From Candidatus Latescibacterota bacterium (GTDB lineage: Bacteria > Latescibacterota > UBA2968 > UBA8231): DNA of 64,000 nucleotides. Of the stretch, positions 48,430 through 57,214 are shown piece by piece. The notes below the pieces were generated by a model. The model saw only the letters and a list, made by a program, of their open reading frames with translations. It searched no databases and had not been told where the DNA came from. Every line of letters starts with the position of its first letter. Positions within the stretch are counted from its first letter, which is position 1. The stretch covers positions 4,640,001-4,704,000 of the forward strand of contig OZ244561.1 of NCBI GenBank assembly GCA_965217585.1. The letters run 5' to 3'. The translations under genes were made by a program, and so were the position numbers.

Positions 48430-48933
48430 CTACTCGGCGGCTGTCGCTTTGACTTGACCCCAGCTCACGGCCTCAACAGCCGTGCTTATCTGAGGATCAA
48501 TCCAGCGCGCGGGCACGATCGGCGACGAAACCCAGCGGCCATCGATCTGGGCGTCCGCAGACACGCCGTAAACCCAGGACTCGGGATGCGGCAGTTCTGC
48601 AAAAAATTTCCTACTGTACTGCTCCCGATCGGGCAAGGCTTCCACGCGGTCCCACGGCACGTAGGTGGGCTGTGCTTCGGCGGGCCCAACGAACTCTCCA
48701 CTGCTGGCTTCGATCTCGTCGGCGACGAGAATCTGCAAGTAGATCGTGTAGCGGCTCGCGTCTTCGACCTCCTCCCACTCGACCAGCACGAACTGGGACT
48801 GGGGGCCAGCAACGCTGGCCCTTACGTCGTCCGGTGCCATAAGCTCCATGGCACCGTGAGGGCATCCGCCCTGCGCCCAAGCCGCGCTCGCGAACGCGAG
48901 AGCGACGCCGGCTATTAGCATCCGCTGTTTCAT
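48430..48933 (-). CDS. Secreted hypothetical protein with C-terminal TAVEAVSWGQVK motif
   Basis: RBS AAGGAGG; signal peptide ending AWA/Q; FN3-like VEW..V..A..YTIY. Confidence 0.75.
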   Translation of the reverse strand: MKQRMLIAGVALAFASAAWAQGGCPHGAMELMAPDDVRASVAGPQSQFVLVEWEEVEDASRYTIYLQILVADEIEASSGEFVGPAEAQPTYVPWDRVEALPDREQYSRKFFAELPHPESWVYGVSADAQIDGRWVSSPIVPARWIDPQISTAVEAVSWGQVKATAAE

Positions 48934-49059
48934 AAGGGCACCTCCTTAAAAAAAGAGTGGATACTACTTGTCAAAATACCATTATTCTCGGCAAATTCCA
49001 ATTTTTTTATCTCCACGGCGGCTGCCGCCTTCAAGGACGCCGGCAGTCGCAACCCGCCC

Positions 49060-49836
49060 CTATTTGTCGCCGCGCGGATTGGCGCGCAGGGTTTGGAGGT
49101 GGCTGTCGAGGACTTGCACACCGTAGCGAAGGGCATTGCCGACGTTGAGGTAGCGATACCCCCAGCGAATCTTCTCTTGAATCTGGTCTAGTTCCCCCAG
49201 CGTAGTGCCTGCGGCGATTCCCGTGTCCGCTAGCTGTTGCGGCACGTCGCGCATGATTTCCCGCACTTGCCGCGACTCGGTATCGGTGATTGTCCCCACG
49301 GTCGCCGAGAGGTCCAACGGCCCGACAAAAATCACGTCAATGCCGGGCACGCGCTTGATCTCGTCCAAGTTGTCGTAGGCCCGCTGGCTTTCGAGTTGGA
49401 GGACGACGAGCGTCTCCTCGTTGGCGGTTTTGATGACCTCGTTCCAGTCCGCGCCGGCGATTTGGGTCCACATGGGCGAGAGACCGCGCCGGCCTGCGGG
49501 TGCGTAGCGGGCGGCCTCGACCGCGGCGGCGGCTTCGGCGGCCGTGTCGACTTGGGGCACCATCACGGCTACTGCGCCCGCGTCGTACGCCTTCTTGATC
49601 AGTGCGGGGTCGTTCCACGCGACGCGCACCATGGGCGCGACGCCGCGCATCCGCGCCAGCACCAAGATCGAGTCGAGCGCTTCGGTGGCGTGGGGCATGT
49701 GTTCGGTGTCGGCCCAGAGGAAATCGGGACCGGTGGCGATGACCGACCCAGCCACGTGTGGGGTGGGGGCCGGCAGGCTGGTGCCGAGGATGATTTCGCC
49801 GCTGCGCAGACGCGCTTTGAGGTTGTTGGGATACAT
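49060..49836 (-). CDS. HpcH/HpaI family aldolase
   Basis: DTEH, PMVRV, YAP.G.RG, QLES, FVGPLDLS. Confidence 0.9.
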   Translation of the reverse strand: MYPNNLKARLRSGEIILGTSLPAPTPHVAGSVIATGPDFLWADTEHMPHATEALDSILVLARMRGVAPMVRVAWNDPALIKKAYDAGAVAVMVPQVDTAAEAAAAVEAARYAPAGRRGLSPMWTQIAGADWNEVIKTANEETLVVLQLESQRAYDNLDEIKRVPGIDVIFVGPLDLSATVGTITDTESRQVREIMRDVPQQLADTGIAAGTTLGELDQIQEKIRWGYRYLNVGNALRYGVQVLDSHLQTLRANPRGDK

Positions 49837-49853
49837 GGATCGCTCCGTTGGAA

Positions 49854-50663
49854 TTAGCCGTACAGTGAGTAGAAGATGGCACCGCCGAGCAGGATGCGAT
49901 AGACGGCAAACGAATGGGTACCGTGGCGCTGGAGGAAGCGGAGGAGGAAGCCGATGGACAGGTAGCCGCTAACCGCGGCAGCGAGGATCCCCAGCCCCAA
50001 ACTCAGCAGCCCAGCGCCGCCTAGGCCCCCTTCGAGCAGTGCGAATAGTTGTAGGAGGCCGCTGGCGCCGATGGCCGGCAAGCCGAGCAAAAAGGAGAAG
50101 CGGGCGGCGTCTGCGCGCTGGAGACCCGCAAAAAGCCCGCCCATGATGGTTGAACCAGACCGCGAACACCCGGGAATCAGGGCGAGGGCTTGGCACAGGC
50201 CAATGAACTGGATTGACCAGAAGCCGAGGTCCTGCATGGTGCGCTCGCGTCGCCCCACGCGCTCGGCCAGCATCAAGAACAGCGCGAGGACGATCAGGCT
50301 CGCGGCGATGAGGGGAAGCTGGCGCGCCTCGGTCTCGATAAAGTCGCGTCCCCCGAGGCCGAGTACGGCAATGGGCACGGTGCCCACGGCAATGGACCAC
50401 GCCATGCGGCAGTCTGGGCTGTGGTTGAAGTTGCGGTGCATCACCCCTTGCAGCGCGGCGACGACCAGCCTTTTGATATCGGCTGTGAAGTACGCGAATA
50501 CGGCCGCGAGCGTCCCCAGTTGGATCACCGCGGAAAACGCCGTGCCTGGATCGTCCCAGCCGAGAAAATGGGGCACCACCCGCAGGTGGGCGGTACTACT
50601 GATGGGCAGGAATTCAGTCAGGCCTTGGACTATGCCTAAGATGAGTGCTTGCAGCCAATCCAT
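49854..50663 (-). CDS. uppP: Undecaprenyl-diphosphate phosphatase
   Basis: QGLTEFLPISSTAH, ALIPGCSRSGSTI, AARFSFLL. Confidence 0.93.
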   Translation of the reverse strand: MDWLQALILGIVQGLTEFLPISSTAHLRVVPHFLGWDDPGTAFSAVIQLGTLAAVFAYFTADIKRLVVAALQGVMHRNFNHSPDCRMAWSIAVGTVPIAVLGLGGRDFIETEARQLPLIAASLIVLALFLMLAERVGRRERTMQDLGFWSIQFIGLCQALALIPGCSRSGSTIMGGLFAGLQRADAARFSFLLGLPAIGASGLLQLFALLEGGLGGAGLLSLGLGILAAAVSGYLSIGFLLRFLQRHGTHSFAVYRILLGGAIFYSLYG

Positions 50664-50779
50664 GGGAGGGCTTAAGCTAACCGCCGCCGCCTGCCCGGAC
50701 AAGGACGGCGCACCCTTGACAAAAACGCGGGCCGGTGTGCAGAATACCCACTGATTTTCACCGACAACAAGGAGACCTC

Positions 50780-51979
50780 ATGCCCGTTCTGATTGAAGAC
50801 GTCCAAACTATCCTCACCCAACCGGCCGGCTCCCGCTTGGTCATCGTCAAGATCGTCACCTCGGACGACGGCCTGTACGGACTTGGTTGCGCGACCTTTA
50901 CCCAGCGCTTCCACGCCGTGCATACTGCCATCGAACAGCACCTCAAGCCCTTCCTCATCGGCCGTGACGTGGATCGCATTGAGGAGACTTGGCAGATGGC
51001 CATGGTCAACAGTTATTGGCGCAACGGCCCGGTGCTCAACAACGCCATCTCTGGAGTTGATCAGGCGCTGTGGGACATCAAAGGCAAGCGGGCGGGGATG
51101 CCGGTGTACCAATTGCTGGGCGGCAAGTGCCGCGAAGGGGCGGCTGTGTACGGCCATGCAGGCGGCGAGACGCCCGAGGCCGTCGTCGATAGCATCCTCC
51201 AGTTTGAGGAGCAAGGCTATCGCTACATCCGCTGCCAAATGGGCGGCTACGGCGGCAAGGCATCGACCTTGGTTAAGCCCGAAGGGGCGCCCGAAGGCGC
51301 GTACTACAACCGCAAAGAGTACATGATGAACCACCTGCGGATGTTCGAGCACATTCGCGCAGAACTGGGTTTTGAGGTGGAGCTGCTGCACGACATCCAC
51401 GAGCGGTTGCACCCGATTGAGGCGGTGGGCTTTGCCAAGGACGTGGAGGAGTTCAAGCTGTTTTTCTTGGAGGACGCTCTGGCGCCCGAAGACATCGAGT
51501 GGTTCCGCCACATCCGCCAGCAGTGCGCGACGCCGCAGGCCATGGGCGAGCTATTCAATCACCCGCACGAGTGGACGCCGCTCATCGAGGGACGGCTCAT
51601 TGACTTCATGCGCATGCACGTCAGCCAGATGGGCGGGATCACGCCGGCGCGCAATGTGGCGGCATTCGGGCAGATGTACGGGGTGCGCACGGCTTGGCAC
51701 GGTCCGGGCGATACCTCGCCGGTGGGGCACGCGGCCAACCTACACTTGGACCTGTGGGCACCCAACTTTGGGATCCAAGAGTGGTGTCGGTTCCCGGAAC
51801 ACGTGTACGAGATGTTTCCGGGGCTGCCCGAGGTGCGCAACGGGTACATGTATCCGGGCGACGGCCCTGGGTTGGGGATCGACATCGACGAGGACTTGGC
51901 GGCCAAGTATCCTTGTGCGAACGAGGTCATTGGGTGGACGCAGACGCGCTTGCCCGACGGCAGCCCAGCGCGGCCCTAA
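50780..51979 (+). CDS. Enolase-superfamily sugar-acid dehydratase (RspA/mannonate dehydratase-like)
   Basis: RBS AAGGAG; YWRNGP, DQALWDIKGK, LLHDIHE, FLED, MGE, HGPGD.SPVG. Confidence 0.9.
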   Translation: MPVLIEDVQTILTQPAGSRLVIVKIVTSDDGLYGLGCATFTQRFHAVHTAIEQHLKPFLIGRDVDRIEETWQMAMVNSYWRNGPVLNNAISGVDQALWDIKGKRAGMPVYQLLGGKCREGAAVYGHAGGETPEAVVDSILQFEEQGYRYIRCQMGGYGGKASTLVKPEGAPEGAYYNRKEYMMNHLRMFEHIRAELGFEVELLHDIHERLHPIEAVGFAKDVEEFKLFFLEDALAPEDIEWFRHIRQQCATPQAMGELFNHPHEWTPLIEGRLIDFMRMHVSQMGGITPARNVAAFGQMYGVRTAWHGPGDTSPVGHAANLHLDLWAPNFGIQEWCRFPEHVYEMFPGLPEVRNGYMYPGDGPGLGIDIDEDLAAKYPCANEVIGWTQTRLPDGSPARP

Positions 51980-51980
51980 G

Positions 51981-53165
51981 ATGAAAGTCCTAGTTTCCAA
52001 TCTCGGCAGTACCTCGTTTAAGTACAAGGTCTTTGCCATGCCCGAAGAAGTGGTTTTGGCGCGCGGTGGCATGGATCGGATTGGGGGTCAAGGCTCGGTA
52101 CACACCTTCCAGATCGGCGGGGCCGACGAGGTTGAGCAGGCCGTAGATTTGCCCGACCACGCCAGTGCGATTGACGAGGCCCTCACGCGCTTGGCCGAGG
52201 GCGGGGTGTTGGCGTCGGTGGAGGAGCTGGACGCGGTGGGATTTAAGGCCGTTCACGCGCGCGCGATTTCCGGGGTGGTCGAGCTCGACGAGGATGTGGT
52301 GGGGCGGATGGAGGATTTTTATCCGCTGGCCCCGGCGCACAATCCCGCGTACGTGGCGGCGATTCGGCAGTTTGCGCGGGTGGCCCCCAAGGCGCGGCGG
52401 GTCGGGTGCTTTGAGACGGCCTTTCACGGGGCGATGCCGCAGCGGCGCAAAATGTACGCAGTGCCCTACGCTTGGTATGAGCAATACGGCATCCAGCGCT
52501 ACGGCTTCCACGGGGCCAGCCACCGCTATGCCGCTGAGGAGGTCGTGGAACTGGAAGGGCGCGCCGACCTCAAACACGTCAACATGCACTTGGGCGGGTC
52601 TTCGTCGCTGTGCGCGGTAAAAGATGGAGTCTCACAGGGGGCGTCGCACGGGCTAAGCCCGCAGGGCGGCCTGCCGCAGAACAACCGCATCGGCGACTTG
52701 GACCCGTACGCGCTGGACTTGGTCATGCGCAACGAGGATCGCCCGTGGGCCGAGGTGCTGGAGCAGTGCGCCAGCGAGGGCGGCCTGTTGGGGATATGCG
52801 GGCACAGCGACATGCGCGATATTGAAGCGGGTGCGGAAAATGGCGACGAGCGCTGTGCCTTGGCCATAGCCGTGCTGGCGACGTCGGCGCGCGACTGGCT
52901 GGGGGCTTTTGCGGTGGAGATGGGTGGGCTGGACGCGATCAGTTTTACCGGCGGCATTGGCGAGTACTCGGCTGCCGTGCGCGGCGAAATCCTGCGCGAC
53001 TTGGAATTTTTGGGGGTGGTGATGGATGCGACTAAAAATGAGAGCGTGCAAGGCGAGGGCAGCCTGCACACCGCGGCGAGCCGAGTGCCCATTTACGTGC
53101 TGCGCACCGACGAGGAACTGGTGGTGGCGCGGCAGACTTGTGAATTTTTGAGAGCTATCCCCTAG
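51981..53165 (+). CDS. ackA: Acetate/propionate kinase
   Basis: NLGSTSFKY, APAHNP, FETAFH, RYGFHGASH, HLGGSSS, FTGGIGE, TDEE. Confidence 0.88.
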   Translation: MKVLVSNLGSTSFKYKVFAMPEEVVLARGGMDRIGGQGSVHTFQIGGADEVEQAVDLPDHASAIDEALTRLAEGGVLASVEELDAVGFKAVHARAISGVVELDEDVVGRMEDFYPLAPAHNPAYVAAIRQFARVAPKARRVGCFETAFHGAMPQRRKMYAVPYAWYEQYGIQRYGFHGASHRYAAEEVVELEGRADLKHVNMHLGGSSSLCAVKDGVSQGASHGLSPQGGLPQNNRIGDLDPYALDLVMRNEDRPWAEVLEQCASEGGLLGICGHSDMRDIEAGAENGDERCALAIAVLATSARDWLGAFAVEMGGLDAISFTGGIGEYSAAVRGEILRDLEFLGVVMDATKNESVQGEGSLHTAASRVPIYVLRTDEELVVARQTCEFLRAIP

Positions 53166-53324
53166 CCTCCCTTCTGTGTCTGTGGATGGTGGGAGCGCAG
53201 GTGTGATTAGGGCAGTATTATTAGGGCGGCCTACTGGCTGGGCATGGCCATGCACCGCAAGTATCCGCGCCGGGTACTGACCGCACTACGCTTTTTGCTG
53301 AAGACCCCAATTTGACAAGATCTA

Positions 53325-53382
53325 CTCTTTCCAGCAAATTTGTTGGCAACAGGGTTGTTGGCAACAAATTTGCTGGAAAGAG
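53325..53382. repeat. Perfect 21-bp inverted repeat containing two TGTTG-G-CAACA palindromes
   Basis: CTCTTTCCAGCAAATTTGTTG (53325-45), 16 nt, CAACAAATTTGCTGGAAAGAG (53362-82); TTGACA at 53312-17 just upstream. Confidence 0.9.
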
Positions 53383-53392
53383 AGGTGTGACC

Positions 53393-54670
53393 ATGAGGCT
53401 CAGGAAGGCAGGCGGGAACTGGGTTGATGATGATCGGTTCTTCGACCGGGATGCCGAGCTCGAAGCACTCACCGAGCGGGTAAGGGACGGAACCCATACA
53501 CTGCTGACCGCGCAACGGCGGATGGGCAAGACGAGCTTGGTTAGGGAGTTACTGCGTCGCCTAAAGGACGAGGACAGCTTCGAGACGATCTTCGTTGATC
53601 TGGAGGGTGCCCGCACTCCAGCAGACGCCATCGCCGAGATCGGAGTTCGGTCGAGGTCGGTGCAGGGCGTACAGCGCAAGCTCAAATCTTGGCTCGCCAA
53701 CACTCTACGCGAGGCCGTTGATCGAGTCGATACGCTAGCCGTTTCCGAGGTGCAGGTGAAACTGCGCGCTGGAATCGACGCCGGAAACTGGCGGCAGAAG
53801 GGAGACGAGGTCTTTGCAGCCTTGGCTGAGAACGACCGGCCAGTGGTGCTCGCTATCGACGAGTTGCCGATTCTCGTCAATCGTCTGCTCAAGGGGGACG
53901 ACTACTGCATCACGCCGGAGCGAAGGCAGGCAGTGGATGAGTTCCTGAGTTGGCTACGCAAGAACGGTCAAGAACATCGAGGCCGGGTCTGCCTGATCCT
54001 CTCAGGCAGCGTGAGCTTGGAGCCGATTCTGCAACAGGCTGGGCTCAGCGCCCACGCGAACATCTTTTCTCCCTTCGATCTAAAGCCTTGGGAAGAGGAG
54101 ACTGCCAGTGCCTGCCTCGCCGCGCTGGCAGGCACTTATGACATCGAACTTCCACTCACCGTCCGCCAAGACATGTGCCGCCGGCTGCGGTGTCAGATTC
54201 CCCACCATGTGCAGCAGTTTTTCGATAATCTCCACGAAGATCTGCGCCGGGCCAACCGGCGGGAAGCCTCACTAGAAGATGTAGATCGCGTATACACTAC
54301 CGAGATGCTGGGTGTCCGGGGACAGATGGATCTAGAGCACTACGAGAGCCGGCTGCGGATGGTTCTCGGGGACAAAGGTTATCTGGCCGCCTTGGATATA
54401 TTGACCGAGGCCGCGGTCAACTACGGATTGCTGCATAGCGATGCCATTGACCAATATTATGAGTACTTCCAGGCTGATGCCGTCCCGGTCTCTACCAAGG
54501 ACATTCTTAGTGTGCTCGAACATGACGGCTATTTGGCGAGACAAGGTGACGACTACCGGTTCGTATCGGGCCTACTCGAAGCTTGGTGGCGCGCCCGGCA
54601 CGGCCGGCACTTCGTCCCCATAGCCCGCCGCCAAGCCAAAACGAGGAACAGCGGTAGCCATGACCACTAG
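53393..54670 (+). CDS. STAND-like P-loop ATPase with C-terminal wHTH
   Basis: RBS GAGGTG; RFFDRDAE, Walker A AQRRMGKTS, Walker B VLAIDE, SGS sensor, L..DGYL....YRF. Confidence 0.8.
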   Translation: MRLRKAGGNWVDDDRFFDRDAELEALTERVRDGTHTLLTAQRRMGKTSLVRELLRRLKDEDSFETIFVDLEGARTPADAIAEIGVRSRSVQGVQRKLKSWLANTLREAVDRVDTLAVSEVQVKLRAGIDAGNWRQKGDEVFAALAENDRPVVLAIDELPILVNRLLKGDDYCITPERRQAVDEFLSWLRKNGQEHRGRVCLILSGSVSLEPILQQAGLSAHANIFSPFDLKPWEEETASACLAALAGTYDIELPLTVRQDMCRRLRCQIPHHVQQFFDNLHEDLRRANRREASLEDVDRVYTTEMLGVRGQMDLEHYESRLRMVLGDKGYLAALDILTEAAVNYGLLHSDAIDQYYEYFQADAVPVSTKDILSVLEHDGYLARQGDDYRFVSGLLEAWWRARHGRHFVPIARRQAKTRNSGSHDH

Positions 54671-57191
54671 AAAGTACAACCCGGGGTTTCTCACCGACGA
54701 CGAACTGGTGGTCTCGTTCTGTGTGCGGACGGGCGAGTTTGAATCAATCGTTGACATGCTGCGTGAATGCACTGGAAGCGCCAATCCGCATCAAATTGCG
54801 ATCGGCCCACGCGGCAGCGGGAAAACGAGCCTGCTGCTGCGTGTCGCGGTCGAGGTGAGCCGGGATGCCGAATTGCGATCCGGCTTCTTTCCGATCGTCT
54901 TCGCCGAGGAAAGCTACGAAGTCGCCTCCGCTGGCGAGTTCTGGCTGGAATGTCTGTCCCGCTTGGCCGACCAGATGCCTCGCGGGGAGGATGTTCCCGA
55001 CCTGCACCGAACTTACGAACACTTGCGCACCATTCAGGACGACCAAATTCTTGCTGAACTCTGCCTCGGTACTCTGCTGGACTTCTCGGACCGGGAGGGC
55101 AAGCGGCTCGTGCTGATGGTTGAGAATTTGAACATGATGTTCAGGGACATGGCAGACTCCGAGGCGGGCTGGCGGCTGCGGAAGATTCTCCAGACCGAGC
55201 CGCGTATCATCCTACTGGCGAGTGCGACCAGCCGCTTCGACGAGATCGACAATCCGGACCACGCCCTGTACGACCTGTTCCGGGTACTGCTGCTGCACCC
55301 GCTCGACACCAAGGAATGCGCCGCGCTGTGGGAAGCGGTGTCCGGCAAATGCCCTCCGCCTGAGACCATTCGATCCCTAGAGATTCTCACCGGTGGCAGT
55401 CCGCGTCTGATCGCCATCGTGGCTCGCTTCGGAGCGGGGCGTTCCTTTCCCGAACTCATGGCCGAACTACTCGACCTCGTCGATGACCATACGGAGTACT
55501 TCAAGAGCCATATCGAATCGCTACCACCGCAGGAGCGGCGGGTCTATCTCGCGCTCGCCGACCTGTGGAAGCCGGCGACCACGAAGGAGATCTCGGCCCG
55601 CACCCGGTTGGAGACGAGCAAGTGTAGTGCCCAACTCACCCGCCTCATCGAACGGGGCGTCGTTCAGGTTATGGGGGGTACTGCCCGGCGCAAACAGTAT
55701 TACCTGACCGAGCGCCTCTACAACATCTACTATCTGCTGCGGCGCTCCCGCGGACAGGATTCCCTAATCAAGGCCCTCATCCAATTCATGGAGTCGTACT
55801 ACTCTGGTACTGAACTGAGAGACATCGGTGCTCATATCGCCCGCGAGGCAGGAAGTTTCGGCGGGGAGATGCAATCGCTGGCCCGGATCGCACTTGCACA
55901 GATGATGAAGTTACCGGCACTGGACGGGCATCGCGAAGAACTACTTGCGATGATTCCCGAAGGTTTCACGGAGGTTTTCGAGCGGGATTCGGTACCTTCC
56001 AATGTGGAGAGCAAGACGTCGGTCGGCGTGGAACAGTATCCCCGTCGGGAGGACCAAGGTAGCGAGGATACGAACGAACAGGCTGAGTTTCTGGCCGCGA
56101 AGGAGATCTTCGACGAAGCGGTTGCTCTGACGAATCAGGATCGGACAGAAGAAGCACTGTCCGCCTTCGACGAAGTGGTGCATCGATTCGCCGAGAGCGA
56201 AATGCCGATGGTCTCCCAACTAGTCGCACTGGCTGGACTCACACTCAACTACTTAGATCGTCCAGAGGACGCGCTGACCGCCTATGACGAAGTAGTACGC
56301 CGATTCGGCGATAGTAAGACGCCAGACCTTCTCGGATTAGTTGCGATGGCGCTTCGCGGCAAAGGGTGTGTACTCTATGACTTAGACCGGCTAGAGGATG
56401 CGCTGGCCACCTTCGACGAGGTGGTGCGCCGATTCGGCGATAGCGAGATGCCGGTCTTTCTCGAATCGGTCGCGTTCGCCCTCTTTGGCAAAGGGTGTGC
56501 ACTCGACGATTTAGACCGGTCGGAGGACGCGCTGACCACCTATGGCGAAGTAGTGCGCCGATTCGGCGACAGCGAGATGCCAGCCCTTCTCGAAGCAGTT
56601 GCAAGGTCGCTCGTCAGCAAAGGAGTCATACTTGACAGACTGAATCGTCCAGAGGACGCGCTGGCCACTTGTGACGAGGTAGTGCGCCGATTCGGTGATA
56701 GCGAATCTCCTGCGTTTCGTATGGTGACTGAGTGCGCGCTTCTTATAAAAGCGAATTCTGAGATAGAGTGTCGGCGGTACAAGGCAGCCATCGAGTCGGC
56801 AGGTCGGGTAATTGATATGTGCCACACGGAATCGTCGGAGAACCAATGGCTGGCTTATCTGATCAGGGCAAGGGCGACCCTCGCAAGCGGAGACCTATCC
56901 GCGAGCGAGCGAGACATTGCGGAGATCTTGACGATTCTTCCCGATCTCGACTCCCTTCCGAAGGAGAGCCTTGATGCACTGATGGCGTTCAGCATCGAGA
57001 TCGGGCTGGAGCGCATGGTCGATCTTATTCAGGCGTCGCCGTCGGCAAATCTTCTGTTGCCGCTTACGACGGCTTTGGAACAGGAACTCGGACACGAGCC
57101 CCGGGTGGCGCTTGAGGTCGCGGAAGTTGCCGAGGATATCCGGAAGGATTTGGCGAGGCTGAGGGAAACGCAGAGTGATGGCGTCGAGTAA
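54660..57191 (+). CDS. STAND-like ATPase-wHTH-TPR protein
   Basis: Walker A GPRGSGKTS, atypical Walker B LMVEN, TGGSPR, wHTH PATTKEIS...SAQLTRLIERG, five TPR-like repeats. Confidence 0.82.
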   Translation: MTTRKYNPGFLTDDELVVSFCVRTGEFESIVDMLRECTGSANPHQIAIGPRGSGKTSLLLRVAVEVSRDAELRSGFFPIVFAEESYEVASAGEFWLECLSRLADQMPRGEDVPDLHRTYEHLRTIQDDQILAELCLGTLLDFSDREGKRLVLMVENLNMMFRDMADSEAGWRLRKILQTEPRIILLASATSRFDEIDNPDHALYDLFRVLLLHPLDTKECAALWEAVSGKCPPPETIRSLEILTGGSPRLIAIVARFGAGRSFPELMAELLDLVDDHTEYFKSHIESLPPQERRVYLALADLWKPATTKEISARTRLETSKCSAQLTRLIERGVVQVMGGTARRKQYYLTERLYNIYYLLRRSRGQDSLIKALIQFMESYYSGTELRDIGAHIAREAGSFGGEMQSLARIALAQMMKLPALDGHREELLAMIPEGFTEVFERDSVPSNVESKTSVGVEQYPRREDQGSEDTNEQAEFLAAKEIFDEAVALTNQDRTEEALSAFDEVVHRFAESEMPMVSQLVALAGLTLNYLDRPEDALTAYDEVVRRFGDSKTPDLLGLVAMALRGKGCVLYDLDRLEDALATFDEVVRRFGDSEMPVFLESVAFALFGKGCALDDLDRSEDALTTYGEVVRRFGDSEMPALLEAVARSLVSKGVILDRLNRPEDALATCDEVVRRFGDSESPAFRMVTECALLIKANSEIECRRYKAAIESAGRVIDMCHTESSENQWLAYLIRARATLASGDLSASERDIAEILTILPDLDSLPKESLDALMAFSIEIGLERMVDLIQASPSANLLLPLTTALEQELGHEPRVALEVAEVAEDIRKDLARLRETQSDGVE
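56148..56780 (+). repeat. Intragenic 129-bp tandem repeats encoding 43-aa TPR-like units
   Basis: GAGGAYGCGCTG...CGCCGATTCGGYGA at 56265, 56394, 56523, 56652; shorter degenerate unit at 56148. Confidence 0.9.
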
Positions 57192-57214
57192 CTTAGGACG
57201 AAGGAGGTGTACTT

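Noticed and set aside
50716-50745. sigma70 promoter for the dehydratase gene
   Set aside because: TTGACA is present but the -10 (CAGAAT, 18-bp spacer) is weak; not listed as a feature
53312-53392. N-terminal extension of the ATPase from TTG 53312
   Set aside because: This is the TTGACA box and palindrome; ATG 53393 has an RBS and begins the conserved sequence
56265-56710. Regularly spaced repeats as a CRISPR array
   Set aside because: Period is 129 bp, in frame, degenerate at third positions and inside a CDS; no unique spacers or cas genes
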